This document shows, piece by piece, positions 49,159 to 61,109 of a stretch of DNA of 64,000 nucleotides. The stretch is taken from the NCBI GenBank assembly GCA_051530055.1, contig JBMGUZ010000009.1, forward strand, positions 5,307 to 69,306. The letters are read 5' to 3'. This DNA comes from Neoechinorhynchus agilis. Lineage: Eukaryota; Animalia; Acanthocephala. The notes below the pieces were generated by a model, which worked only from the letters and a program-made list of their open reading frames with translations, had not been told where the DNA came from and did not search any database. The position numbers and the translations under genes were made by a program. How positions within the stretch are numbered: the first letter of the stretch is position 1; every line of letters starts with the position of its first letter.

Positions 49159-50900
49159 CTCCAACGGATTCAAATACCTGCTCACAATGGTTCACCGACA
49201 CACGCGGTGGCCCGAGGCCGTAACGGTGAGCGACATCACTGCGGAGACCTGCGTAAAGGCTTTCCTCGGCACCTGGGTGGCCCGGTTAGGAAACCAGTTC
49301 ACCTCTGGTATCTGGACCAACCTCGGGGAGGCTCTCGGAGTAGAAGTCCACCGTACGACCGCCTGCCACCCGCAAGCCAATGGCATGGTAGAGCGTTTCC
49401 ACCGGCCACGTAGCCGGTCAGAACAACGTAATCGCGGACTCTCTCTCGTCCTCCAGTGGTGTCCGGCGTCTCCCTGGGAATCGACTACGAACGGTTGGCC
49501 GCGGACCAGAAGGCCGACGACGAGTACATTCCCTGCCAGACCGCCTGTACGGCGACCGATGAGGCATGTAATCTCGGCTCTCACTTCGTACTCCCGAAGA
49601 GCTTCTCGTATCTCATCTACTCGATTTGCATGGATCAGGGAAAGGATAGTACAGCAGCTGAAAATAAGGATATCTCCCAGGCAGGACCGGCCTTGCTCTG
49701 CGACGTCTCCACGGACCAGCCCAGGCCGTGGCTTCCGCTTGCCTGACGCAGCCGGATCTTCCATCTCATCCACGACACTGCGCACCCCGGGGCCAACGGT
49801 TCGTGTGGCACAGCCTGGCAAAGAACGTCCGCCCATGGTCGAGGGCCTGCGTCCCCTGCCAGCGGTCCAAAGTCCACAGACATGTCAAGAGCGACCTCTT
49901 TGCATTCTGGCTGCCGGCCACCCGCTTCGCCCAAGTTCACGTAGACTTGGTTGGACCCCTTCCACCCTCCAACGGATTCAAATACCTGCTCACAATGGTT
50001 CACCGACACACGCGGTGGCCCGAGGCCGTAACGGTGAGCGACATCACTGCGGAGACCTGCATAAAGGCTTTCCTCGGCGCCTGGGTGGCCCGGTTAGGAA
50101 ACCAGTTCACCTCTGGTATCTGGACCAACCTCGGGGAGGCTCTCGGAGTATAAGTCCACCGTACGACCGCCTACCACCCGCAAGCCAATGGCATGGTAGA
50201 GCGTTTCCACCGTCAGCTCGGCGTGGGCCAGAGACCTGCCTTGGGTCCTTTTGGAGCTCTGGACCTTGACCAAGGAAGATCTGGGTTGTTCCCGGGAGTT
50301 TGTGTAGGACGCGGCATCGGAGATACCCAGCCTTCGTCTTACCCAACTAAGAGATAAGTTGATAGACTTGGTGCCCATGCCTCCCAGGTGGACAACAAAT
50401 CCAAACAGAAACACCCCGACCAGAGTGCCGGTTCCTCTCGACAAAGCCGAGTTTGTGTTTGTCAGGGTTGACGCGGTCAAGCCCCCGCTCTGCTGTCAGT
50501 ACGATGGTCTGTACCGGTTCCTGCAGGCCGGGGCCAAGACCTTCAATATAGAAATCAATGGGAGAGAAGATCACGTCTCTGTGGACCGATCAAAGAAAGC
50601 TCACGTGATCACGCAAACCAATGACCACGTCCCGGTACCCCAAATCACTCCCCGGGTGCTGCCTTCAGTACCTTCTCTCAAGCCACAGACGACTCGCTGT
50701 GGCCTTCAAGTCAAAAGACTAACACGTTTCCAAGACGCAATGGATTAATGCGGCGACACTGGAGGGAGGTATGCCTGGCGTGCGATCGTAGAAAAATATT
50801 TGTTGGCGAACAGACAGAAAAGCAACACATATTTGACCACTGTAGAGGACAATAGTAAATACTTTGTCTTGATTGCGTGTCGCCGCTAAAAGTACTCAGA
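49159..50900 (+). mobile_element. Gypsy integrase region, rearranged, with PPT and possible 3' LTR
   Basis: ADDE, H..AHPG, C..CQRSKVHRH, VHVDLVGPLPPSNGFKYLLT, RWPEA, TT.YHPQANGMVERFH, VFVRVDAVKPPL...YDG.Y; ctggagggaggta followed by TG..CA (~50772-50898); 246-bp duplication 49159-49404 / 49967-50212. Confidence 0.88.
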
Positions 50901-51810
50901 AGATGGCGAGAATACTATCAAATCGCGTCGATCGAAGAGTTCCCCACCTGCGAATCCCTTGCTTCCCTGAAAATCTCGGTCTCCGAAATGAATTTAGCAC
51001 AGATGAAGTCACAGGAGCCATATAATCGATGAAATCGTAGAATGCAGCTAGGCCGGGTTACATAGCAGGGGGCTTGTTGAAGGCAAGTTGCTGGAGTCCT
51101 GTGCCGTGGCTCGCCAGGTTTTTCAATAAAATCTTCGAGGAAGGTCGAATTCTCAATGACTGGCAAGAGAGAGAGTATGACTATTTCGATCTTTAAGAAG
51201 AAAAGCACACCGACCGAATGCTGCAATCATCCTGCCAAAAATATTGAAGCGAATTATCGACAGTCGAATTCGTGGACTCGTTAACATTACCATCACTGCC
51301 TTTTTGGATCTGTAGAAAGCTTTTGATCGTGTCCCCCGTGAGCTTATTTGGTACGTACTCCGTGAACACCTAATCCTGGAAAGTTTAATCAAGTGTGTCC
51401 AAATTCTTTACCAGGAGGATCCAAATAGGAGGGTGAAATGTGCAGCTGGAATATGGAAACCATTCGAAATATCTGTAGGCGTCCGCCAAGGAAGTGCCCT
51501 CTTCCCACTTCTAGTTATGGAAACGATAACCCGCGATATCCAACGCCCGTGCGATACACGCTACTATATGCAAATGGCATCCTCCTTGCATCGAACGATA
51601 GAACGGGATTAACAAAGTTGGCATAAGAATGGAGTGATAGACTTGTGAGGCGGCTTGGACTACAGGTAAACTTGGACAAAACAGAATACTCTCGACAAAC
51701 GATGAAAACGATCTGGCTACTATTTTCATCAATGAGAAACATATCAAACCGGTGAACAAGTTTAAATAGTTAATCTCGGTAATTTCTGATGATGGTGATC
51801 TCGAATGCGA
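50900..51810 (+). mobile_element. Decayed RTE-like RT fragment
   Basis: IFKKK, GVRQGSALFPL, TLLYA(N)GILLAS, LQVNLDKTEY, F(K)YL-like remnants in broken frames. Confidence 0.7.
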
Positions 51811-52795
51811 CTTAAATTTATCGCAGAACTATGCCGACAAGATGGATTTAGCTTTCCAAGCGATTCACAGTTTTTTCGTTTAAAATCACGTAAATTCACA
51901 GTTTATGAGAGCCGACAACGTTGTTGTTGACCTAGTACTCCACATTACATGTCATTAGTCATACTTCTATCTCTTCTTACTTTTTTCATACGCACACCTT
52001 AGTAAATCAAAAGTTTTCAGTCTTGAAAGATCATAGCTTTCGTGCACAGTATGAATTCGTTGCTGATTACGATCTCAGTATTGATAACCCAATCTCTACC
52101 GATGGTTCCGATAAGTAAGAAAAACTCAAGGCAGCCAATAGAATCTACAATCACATTTGACGTCCTTAAAGAAAGCATCTATAATGAAAGTATTAACGTA
52201 GATCAATGATCTCAATATTGGCCTAAAATATTGACGACCAGTGATGAAGATCGATGCGGACGGAAACTGCGTAAACATGTACATTACAAGATAGTTTACA
52301 GAACTCCTAGGGCAGGAATCCATAGCCTCAAATTTCGATACGATTTCATTTATTCTAAGCAAACACTTTCATTTTTCCCTATAATAAATGAAAAGTTTGT
52401 TTTCAGGGATATTCCAATGGTGTCATCTACACCCGAGACGCTTTAAATCCACCTACTCTTACCTGGATAAACAACAATTATCCAATTGTAGAATTTATAA
52501 TCCTTATGAGGCGATATCCGGCTGCGTATAAATACCTCGATGATTATACGTTTAAAGATGCGAAGCGAGCGATTTTGAAGCAACATAAGGTGGAAAAATG
52601 GACGCCAAAATTTGCTACTTTTTATAGCAAGTTCCACTGCCCAGGTCTCATTAAGATCCCAAACTCGAAATAATAACAAAGCTCAAAGGAAAATATTCTA
52701 AAACGAATAAATAAAATGCTTAATAAATTTGTAAAGATGTTCATCATTTACTTTTTTTATAGTGACACGAACTTACATATTTAAAAAATTACAAG

Positions 52796-52841
52796 CAATA
52801 GACTGAAGAAGGCCTACGCGAAGGCCGAAAAATATCAAATG
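52796..52841 (+). ncRNA. Orphan minimal hammerhead ribozyme core (Penelope-type)
   Basis: CTGAAGA-A-GGCC-tacgcgaa-GGCC-GAAA at 52803-52830; stems I and III are imperfect. Confidence 0.55.
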
Positions 52842-54284
52842 ATTTAATTATTGTAATTCGCGATAAAAAAGCTTAATAAATTAAAAGTAATTAATAATAA
52901 ACATTTATTCGAAAACTATAATTTTTGTTTATAACATTTTTAATTGTTGTTCTACCTCAGCGGCTATTCGATCATTGTTCATCTCGATCACGAATTAATT
53001 TCTAATTTATAGATTGAGTAAATGCTGGAAATGCTTGCAATAATAGAATTTTTACCAATTTTTTAAGCTTGTTCTCAATTTCTAGCAAACGTCTATCTTG
53101 TCGAACTTAACTTTATTTAATAAATCCAAGATGATATTAGGATTTGCAATTTCGCCATTCGAGCGTCGAATAGGGATGCATTTTTTTTCCTAATCTTTTG
53201 GCAGCTGCTACTTTTTTAAATATTCTATCTGATGATGGAGATGAGAAAAGGAGCTCGAAATGCTTCACCTACGCGCTCGGAATTAGAGGTTAGTAATGAA
53301 GAAAACTTTAATTGGCGAGCAAGATGTTGAAGAAGATCCTTGATAAACAATCAGAAGAATTACTTAATCACTTCGTATCTGTCCTACAGCCGTTTGGAAG
53401 ATCTTTGCTTCACAAAAAGTGTGATCGGTAGATCCCAGAGATCTTGATAAGTGAGAAAAAAAATTTATTCGGCAAAGGCAAACCATGGATCGAACAAGTG
53501 AGGAGAAAGCGACCAGAGTGCATACGAGAGAGCTGTCATCGATTTACAAAAAATTAACATACAAACGTGTTTTTACATATAATAAGCAATTTACATTTTT
53601 AACATTTAAATTTCACACATAAGCGTATGGGATCGGCGGAGAATATGTTAAACCGCAATAAAGTGTTGCCATATGATGATTTTTTTGGATAATCGACCGA
53701 GCCACCTTGGAGTTATCTAAAATAATCGCAAATTTTATGGAAAAACCCTCGTACATTTGAACAACATCTTTGCTTTTAACGTACGTAAAAGACGAATTCA
53801 AAATAAAATTCGGACTGAGCTACTTAACTTTTCATGTAATTTGCATAATACGATCTTAATAAAAACAATAATCTTGACGCTCTTCTTGCTTAAAAATTCT
53901 CATTAAAGAAAATGTAATCTTTCCAGCAAATGTTGCGCTTTTAAAGAATATGATTGTTCATGTTACTCGAATCTCAATTTCATCAGATCGTTAATAAATG
54001 ATTATAAACATTTGCAATCATATCGAACTTTCAAAAATTATTGTATACTAAAATGTCGCATCTATCATGAAAAACATAAATTGGCGATTAGCCGCTGGAA
54101 ATTACTAAAAGAAATTTCTAATCGAATAACAAATCGGGTTAAGTGCATTAAAATTAACTCCTTTTAACTGTTGCTCTAAGCGAGGGAACTTTAAATTCTT
54201 TGTCAAGCAATAATAAAAGAAATTAGAATTTGCCGTAGGCATCGAGTTTCCAGCCGTATTTTCATAAAAACACAAAAATCATCG

Positions 54285-54700
54285 CAGATCCTTTTAACGA
54301 AGACAATAAATACAAGAGCTGGCGCCTTCCTGCACCAAAACATTGGTCTCGCGATCATAAGAGGAAACGCAGCGAGTGTGGTCGCGACCACTGAGGGGAG
54401 AGCGATGCCTTTTCTTCGTGGACGGTGGTGATTGTTTAAACGTTTTTTTTGTGTGTGAATGAAAGCGTTCAAAATATAGAGCTCTCAAGGAATTACCATT
54501 TCGTTCCTTTTGCCGTGGAAACGTATAAAGCCTTGGAACCATCAGCGCTCAATCTCCTCGGCGATTTTGGACGAAGGGCGAAAAGGATGACGGGGGAACC
54601 GCGCTCGAGAAATTTCATCGCTCAACGAATCGCAATTGCGATACAGCGAGGGAACGCTGCCAGTATATGGGCAACGTCGGGATGTTTACAAGAATGAAAA
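54285..54700 (+). mobile_element. Two adjacent CRE-like 3' fragments from different subfamilies
   Basis: TRAGAFLHQNIGLAIIRGNAASVVAT (54285-54430) and HFVPFAVETY...RIAIAIQRGNAASIWAT (54449-54697). Confidence 0.8.
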
Positions 54701-55640
54701 ACGAAATAGTAAAATAAACGATATGTGCTTAAAAAAGTGTATTAAAATAAACTGTTTCAAAAAAATTATTTACCCATATTTTATTTGTAATTGAAATATC
54801 GTTATACTATCCACGAATCAACGAATTTTTAAATGGGTATAAAAAAACTTGCAAATGTAATATTTTGAATCTCTTGCATTGTGATTTGCTCATTCAGCAT
54901 CTTGATCTAAATGAGTTAACTGCTTAAAAAACAACATTTATGTGGAGTCATCAATTTTTTATTTTTAAGGTCAATAATTTAATAGATTAAGAGTTACTGA
55001 AAATTTTCGAAATTAAAAACAGCATTCTCACCAGATATGTTTTTCATAAAATCGTAGTTGTTAGATTGTCGACTAATTTCTCAATTCCACGTTTTTCTAT
55101 TGTCCTTTTATTTAAGCAAGTTAAGCGGTTGAAAACAAATGTTTATTTTTGACCGATATTTCGAAATTTAACTCCTTCTTCAGGGGAGTTAGAAAAAAGT
55201 CACTATCCGTAGTACTTCTGTTCGAAGATTAGGTGTGAGGCTAAAATCGTTGGATCAATAAATCAATATCTATTCTTCTCATCAACAAAGAACACATAAT
55301 AAAAAGGTAGTGATAGAAATACGCTTTTAGAAATGGAAAAAGCATTTTTCTCGAAAGTAAAATGCAACTAAACTTGCCCACTATTTCATAGTTAACGAAT
55401 CAATCATATAAGGCGCAATGATGGGCATAATCTTTAAGATTATCTATATAACGATTTATTTTTACTCGGTCTATTTGTGCCCCTGGAACACGTACTAAAC
55501 GCATGCCACAATTTCAAGAACTGACACGTTTATCTTGACTGGAACGATAAGACTGACATGATTTCTTCGTCAGTTGCACCAATATAAATAGAACTTAATA
55601 TCTCACCTGAAATCGTCCGCAACATTTCTTCTAAGTAGTC

Positions 55641-56200
55641 ATGGAATTCCTTCTCCTGCTCGTTTCTGTGTTGGCTCTCAGCAACGCCGCTGCTGTCCAC
55701 TCAAAAGATCTTACAACTGAACACATCCGCCCATGTGCAGGTACGAGATAATCTATAAAAATGTTGACATCTAAACGATCTTTTTAAGGTCTTGGTCCGA
55801 AATCCGTAAAACTGCAAACGTGCCATTGCCTTAAAGATGGCGTTTGCCATCTCGTCCATGGCGATAAAATCATTATTACCACACAATTCAAATCAGATGG
55901 AGATCATGATCATAACTATGAGCTTAAAGTGACCACGACTATTAACGGAGAACTTATTTCCAGGACCGCATCAGCTGAAAATTATAAAGTGGACTGCAAA
56001 GAAACTGATTGTACCTCCGTTCATAACGTTCTTATAATGCCTTTCATGCCTGTCGTAAGTTTATTTGTATATTTAGAACAGGAAACTCATGAAAAACCTT
56101 TTAGGGAAAACATACGCTGAAATATGAGCTAAGTAGCGTGGGTCCTCATGAACATCCACTTTTCTGCTATGAGTATGACACTGAGCTTTCGGCTCAATAA
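55641..56200 (+). CDS. ML/NPC2-like protein (copy 3)
   Basis: ATG at 55641, TAA ending at 56200; same exon structure. Confidence 0.8.
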
Positions 56201-56882
56201 AGGAATATCATCAAGTGGCATGAAACAAAAAATAGAGTTTATTTTGTGCGAGGGTCAGAGATGCAACTGTGAGACGTTCTCGTGTAGCGCAAATGAAAAT
56301 CCATCACAAGGTTAAGCGATCGCTGTCTTCCAATTGGACCGATAGTCTTCGCAAAAAATGTTAAAGACTTCTTAAGCTTTTCTAGAAAGTTTCAGTTAAT
56401 GTTTTTAAAGGTGAACTAATAAACAAGATGCACTTCTCAGCTAATGTTAATTATAAAAAAGACAATAGGCTAAGAAAAATACTCAGTCGTCTATCAGTCT
56501 TAGGAAAGTTACTGTTGGATTACCTAGCACAAACCATTAAAAATAGATGACAGAAGAGATTGACCTCATTGTAAAACTTGGAAAAAAGGTTTTACTTAAA
56601 AAAAATTAAAAGACGAGAGGGAATCTTTGTAAAATCACCAAAAACTCAACCATTAAAGGTCTGCCAATTATTCGAAGATATCAGGCAACTATTTTACTTC
56701 TCAGAGCAGAAAAGGAGCAAAATCAATTTAATACGATCTTGGTAGAAGCAAAGTATTTGGGATTAATCCTTAGATAATCGAGTATTGCACGATTCGAGAT
56801 TTTTTATGAACTTTCTATTTTCCTGCTGCGCTTAAATTCAAATACAGCTCTGCCCGTTCTCGCAAAAATATAATATTTACGC

Positions 56883-57227
56883 TTACTTGAAAAGTTTAAG
56901 GCTCTTAAACAAATCGTTAACGTCTTTTTTAGGATATGGCTTCAGTGCTATACAGGTTCCAAGATTTTCAGGTTTTTCAATCCAGAGTTTATACTTTATG
57001 TTCCTTTCGGCCAATGACAGTTGAATGTTATTCAACTCCTTTTCGCCGTCGCACTCGAGCACAATTTTGTGCATATTATCAATATCTTTCAAATAAGAGA
57101 GAGTTAAGTGATCGTCGTAGTTCTCAAAGATTACAGCGGTAGCAGCGTGGCAAGCTTGAGCAATGAGGGCGCCTGCAGGCCATTTTAAATCTTTCCTTAG
57201 AACAATGTATTGGACCAGCGATGACAT
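56883..57227 (-). CDS. PTRHD1: PTRHD1 (copy 3)
   Basis: Protein identical to copies 1 and 2. Confidence 0.92.
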   Translation of the reverse strand: MSSLVQYIVLRKDLKWPAGALIAQACHAATAVIFENYDDHLTLSYLKDIDNMHKIVLECDGEKELNNIQLSLAERNIKYKLWIEKPENLGTCIALKPYPKKDVNDLFKSLKLFK

Positions 57228-58444
57228 TCGTGGATCTAAAAAAGGGATCTTATGCGATTTGAACGTTTTTATGTAAAAGATTAAAACTTATTTAAACAAA
57301 GATTTATCCCAATTTACATTTTCACTATCTCGAAAGCGAACAGCAGAAATTTTGACTTGTGCGTCAAGTATTCTATCTAAATTTCTGAAACCTCGAATCC
57401 GAATTTATAAAAAAGAGAATCGTAGATGCAAATTAGGGCGTCGAATGGATGAAATCTTTTGATTGAAGATTTGCAGAAGGTGTGCTGTAAGAGGATCAAT
57501 TAAATCTGGGATAATGAAGCGAAGAGCCCAATTGGGAATAGAAAATTAAGGGAGTCACAAAGTTGTGCATTGATGGAGTTTAGTATAGCAAAGAGGTCTG
57601 AGTTTGAGAGGTTGACGAAAGATTTAAGTGTTTTCCCACCAGAGTCGAGTGGAATATTAGGAGAGTTTATGTGCAAGAAAGGCCTTGCGCGAGTTGCGAA
57701 TGTGATGAGTAAGAGAGAATTGAAGGCGAGGGAAATCAGGGTTGCATGCGTGGTATGCTTTATCCACCTTTATTTTTAGCATAAAAAACATATTTTAGGG
57801 AAATGATGGCAATGGAAAATCGAATATTAAAACCGAAGTTGTTCGCAGTTTTCTTAAAATCACCACTGAGCTGATGGCGGTTGATTTTTGGAGTGGATTA
57901 CGGGTCCGGTCAAGTGTAAAGGTCGGTTCGATTCTCACTTGGAGGATTTTAGCGGTGCTGAAGAGAGAGTGGGTGCGAGAAACCGATCGTTGGAAAAGCA
58001 ATTTGTTTTTCTATGAGTTCAGGATGGCATATTAGAGCGCACTTCTCTTGTGAAAGGTCGTCAAGGTCCTATATCTCGTCAACGTATTCTAATCAATGAA
58101 CAGTGAACAAGAATCGGTGAAGTATTCCGCTCTTATTGATGTCGTACTAAAGAAGTGCTTCGAACGGCTTACTGATAATCTAAGGGACTCATTAATTGAA
58201 GCGGTGAGTGCAGTTAAGGATGTATTAGGGGAGGCTATTCAGTTCGAAATCGAAGCTCTTAAAAGTGAACAGTTGGTCGAAGTCAAAAAGTGCAAAGGGA
58301 AAAAAGCGAACGCCTCAAAGAGGCGGGCAAAAATTTTCAAAAGTGAATTCTAAGAAACATATTAAAGGTTTACTGAAATCGGATAGTGAAGCGACCACAA
58401 AGGAGAGGTTTGGTAGATGTCATCAGTATGCCAAATTCAAGCGA

Positions 58445-61066
58445 ATAATAATAACACCTTTATTGTTGAAAATACAAAGAAAGAATAATAGGACCCATGT
58501 ACCTTTGGGTCCTCATAAGCATTCAGGTTCATAATTGTTCAAAGAAAGCGTATCCGTTAGGATGGGAATATCCAGTCGAGGGATGTCCGTTCGGGTGGTA
58601 ATATCTGGTCGGAGGGATGTCTATTCGGTAAGAACTATCTAGTCGGAGGAGGTTCGTTCGGGTGAGAATTTGTATGTTCCTTTGAGAATATCCGGTTGGG
58701 TTGGAAGGTTCGTTCGGGAGGGAATTGGTGTTTATTGCTCCCGGGAGTGCTTGTAAGGTTGGTCTTTCCTCAGAATCGTTTCACGTTATGATATCCGAGA
58801 GCGCAGGTTTTATTTGATCGCCTAAATTACTGCTAAAGATATAATAATAACACCTTTATTGTTGAAAATACAAAGAAAGAATAGGAGTACCCATGTACCT
58901 TTGGGTCCTCATAAGAATTCCGGTTCACAATGTTCAAAGAAAGCGTATCCGTTAGGATGGGAATATCCAGTCGAGGGATGTCCGTTCGGGTGGTAATATC
59001 TGGTCGGAGGGATGTCTATTCGGTAAGAACTATCTAGTCGGGGGAGGTTCGTTCGGGTGAGAATTTGTATGTTCCTTTGAGAATATCCGGTTGGGTTGGA
59101 AGGTTCGTTCGGGAGGGAATTGGTGTTTATTGCTCCCGGGAGTGCTTGTAAGGTTGGTCTTTCCTCAGAATCGTTTCACGTTATGATATCCGAGAGCGCA
59201 GGTTTTATTTGATCGCCTAAATTACTGCTAAAGATATAATAATAACACCTTTATTGTTGAAAATACAAAGAAAGAATAGGAGTACCCATGTACCTTTGGG
59301 TCCTCATAAGAATTCCGGTTCACAATGTTCAAAGAAAGCGTATCCGTTAGGATGGGAATATCCAGTCGAGGGATGTCCGTTCGGGTGGTAATATCTGGTC
59401 GGAGGGATGTCTATTCGGTAAGAACTATCTAGTCGGGGGAGGTTCGTTCGGGTGAGAATTTGTATGTTCCTTTGAGAATATCCGGTTGGGTTGGAAGGTT
59501 CGTTCGGGAGGGAATTGGTGTTTATTGCTCCCGGGAGTGCTTGTAAGGTTGGTCTTTCCTCAGAATCGTTTCACGTTATGAAATCCGAGAGCGCAGGTTT
59601 TATTTGATCGCCTAAATTACTGCTAAAGATATAATAATAACACCTTTATTGTTGAAAATACAAAGAAAGAATAGGAGTACCCATGTACCTTTGGGTCCTC
59701 ATAAGCATTCAGGTTCATAATTGTTCAAAGAAAGCGTATCCGTTAGGATGGGAATATCCAGTCGAGGGATGTCCGTTCGGGTGGTAATATCTGGTCGGAG
59801 GGATGTCTATTCGGTAAGAACTATCTAGTCGGGGGAGGTTCGTTCGGGTGAGAATTTGTATGTTCCTTTGAGAATATCCGGTTGGGTTGGAAGGTTCGTT
59901 CGGGAGGGAATTGGTGTTTATTGCTCCCGGGAGTGCTTGTAAGGTTGGTCTTTCCTCAGAATCGTTTCACGTTATGATATCCGAGAGCGCAGGTTTTATT
60001 TGATCGCCTAAATTACTGCTAAAGATATAATAATAACACCTTTATTGTTGAAAATACAAAGAAAGAATAGGAGTACCCATGTACCTTTGGGTCCTCATAA
60101 GAATTCCGGTTCACAATGTTCAAAGAAAGCGTATCCGTTAGGATGGGAATATCCAGTCGAGGGATGTCCGTTCGGGTGGTAATATCTGGTCGGAGGGATG
60201 TCTATTCGGTAAGAACTATCTAGTCGGGGGAGGTTCGTTCGGGTGAGAATTTGTATGTTCCTTTGAGAATATCCGGTTGGGTTGGAAGGTTCGTTCGGGA
60301 GGGAATTGGTGTTTATTGCTCCCGGGAGTGCTTGTAAGGTTGGTCTTTCCTCAGAATCGTTTCACGTTATGATATCCGAGAGCGCAGGTTTTATTTGATC
60401 GCCTAAATTACTGCTAAAGATATAATAATAACACCTTTATTGTTGAAAATACAAAGAAAGAATAGGAGTACCCATGTACCTTTGGGTCCTCATAAGAATT
60501 CCGGTTCACAATGTTCAAAGAAAGCGTATCCGTTAGGATGGGAATATCCAGTCGAGGGATGTCCGTTCGGGTGGTAATATCTGGTCGGAGGGATGTCTAT
60601 TCGGTAAGAACTATCTAGTCGGAGGAGGTTCGTTCGGGTGAGAATTTGTCCGTTCCTTTGAGAATATCCGGTTGGGTTGGAAGGTTCGTTCGGGAGGGAA
60701 TTGGTGTTTATTGCTCCCGGGAGTGCTTGTAAGGTTGGTCTTTCCTCAGAATCGTTTCACGTTATGAAATCCGAGAGCGCAGGTTTTATTTGATCGCCTA
60801 AATTACTGCTAAAGATATAATAATAACACCTTTATTGTTGAAAATACAAAGAAAGAATAGGAGTACCCATGTACCTTTGGGTCCTCATAAGAATTCCGGT
60901 TCACAATGTTCAAAGAAAGCGTATCCGTTAGGATGGGAATATCCAGTCGAGGGATGTCCGTTCGGGTGGTAATATCTGGTCGGAGGGATGTCTATTCGGT
61001 AAGAACTATCTAGTCGGGGGAGGTTCGTTCGGGTGAGAATTTGTATGTTCCTTTGAGAATATCCGG
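58445..61066. repeat. 395-bp satellite, ~6.6 units, inverted relative to the 20.9 kb array
   Basis: Reverse complement of the same unit. Confidence 0.97.
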
Positions 61067-61109
61067 CTCGTTTTATTTGTTTTATGAAAATAGTATCAAT
61101 TCATTCGGT

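Noticed and set aside
52100-52680. Possible spliced gene on the minus strand (donor CCAG|gtaag)
   Set aside because: Both candidate acceptors run into an immediate stop, and the product is not recognisable.
53229-53265. CTGATGA...GAAA hammerhead-like match
   Set aside because: Stem II and stem I do not pair convincingly.
59930-59960. VYCSRECL (MYND-finger-like) peptide encoded within the satellite unit
   Set aside because: Followed immediately by a stop and lacks the other Zn ligands; likely chance.
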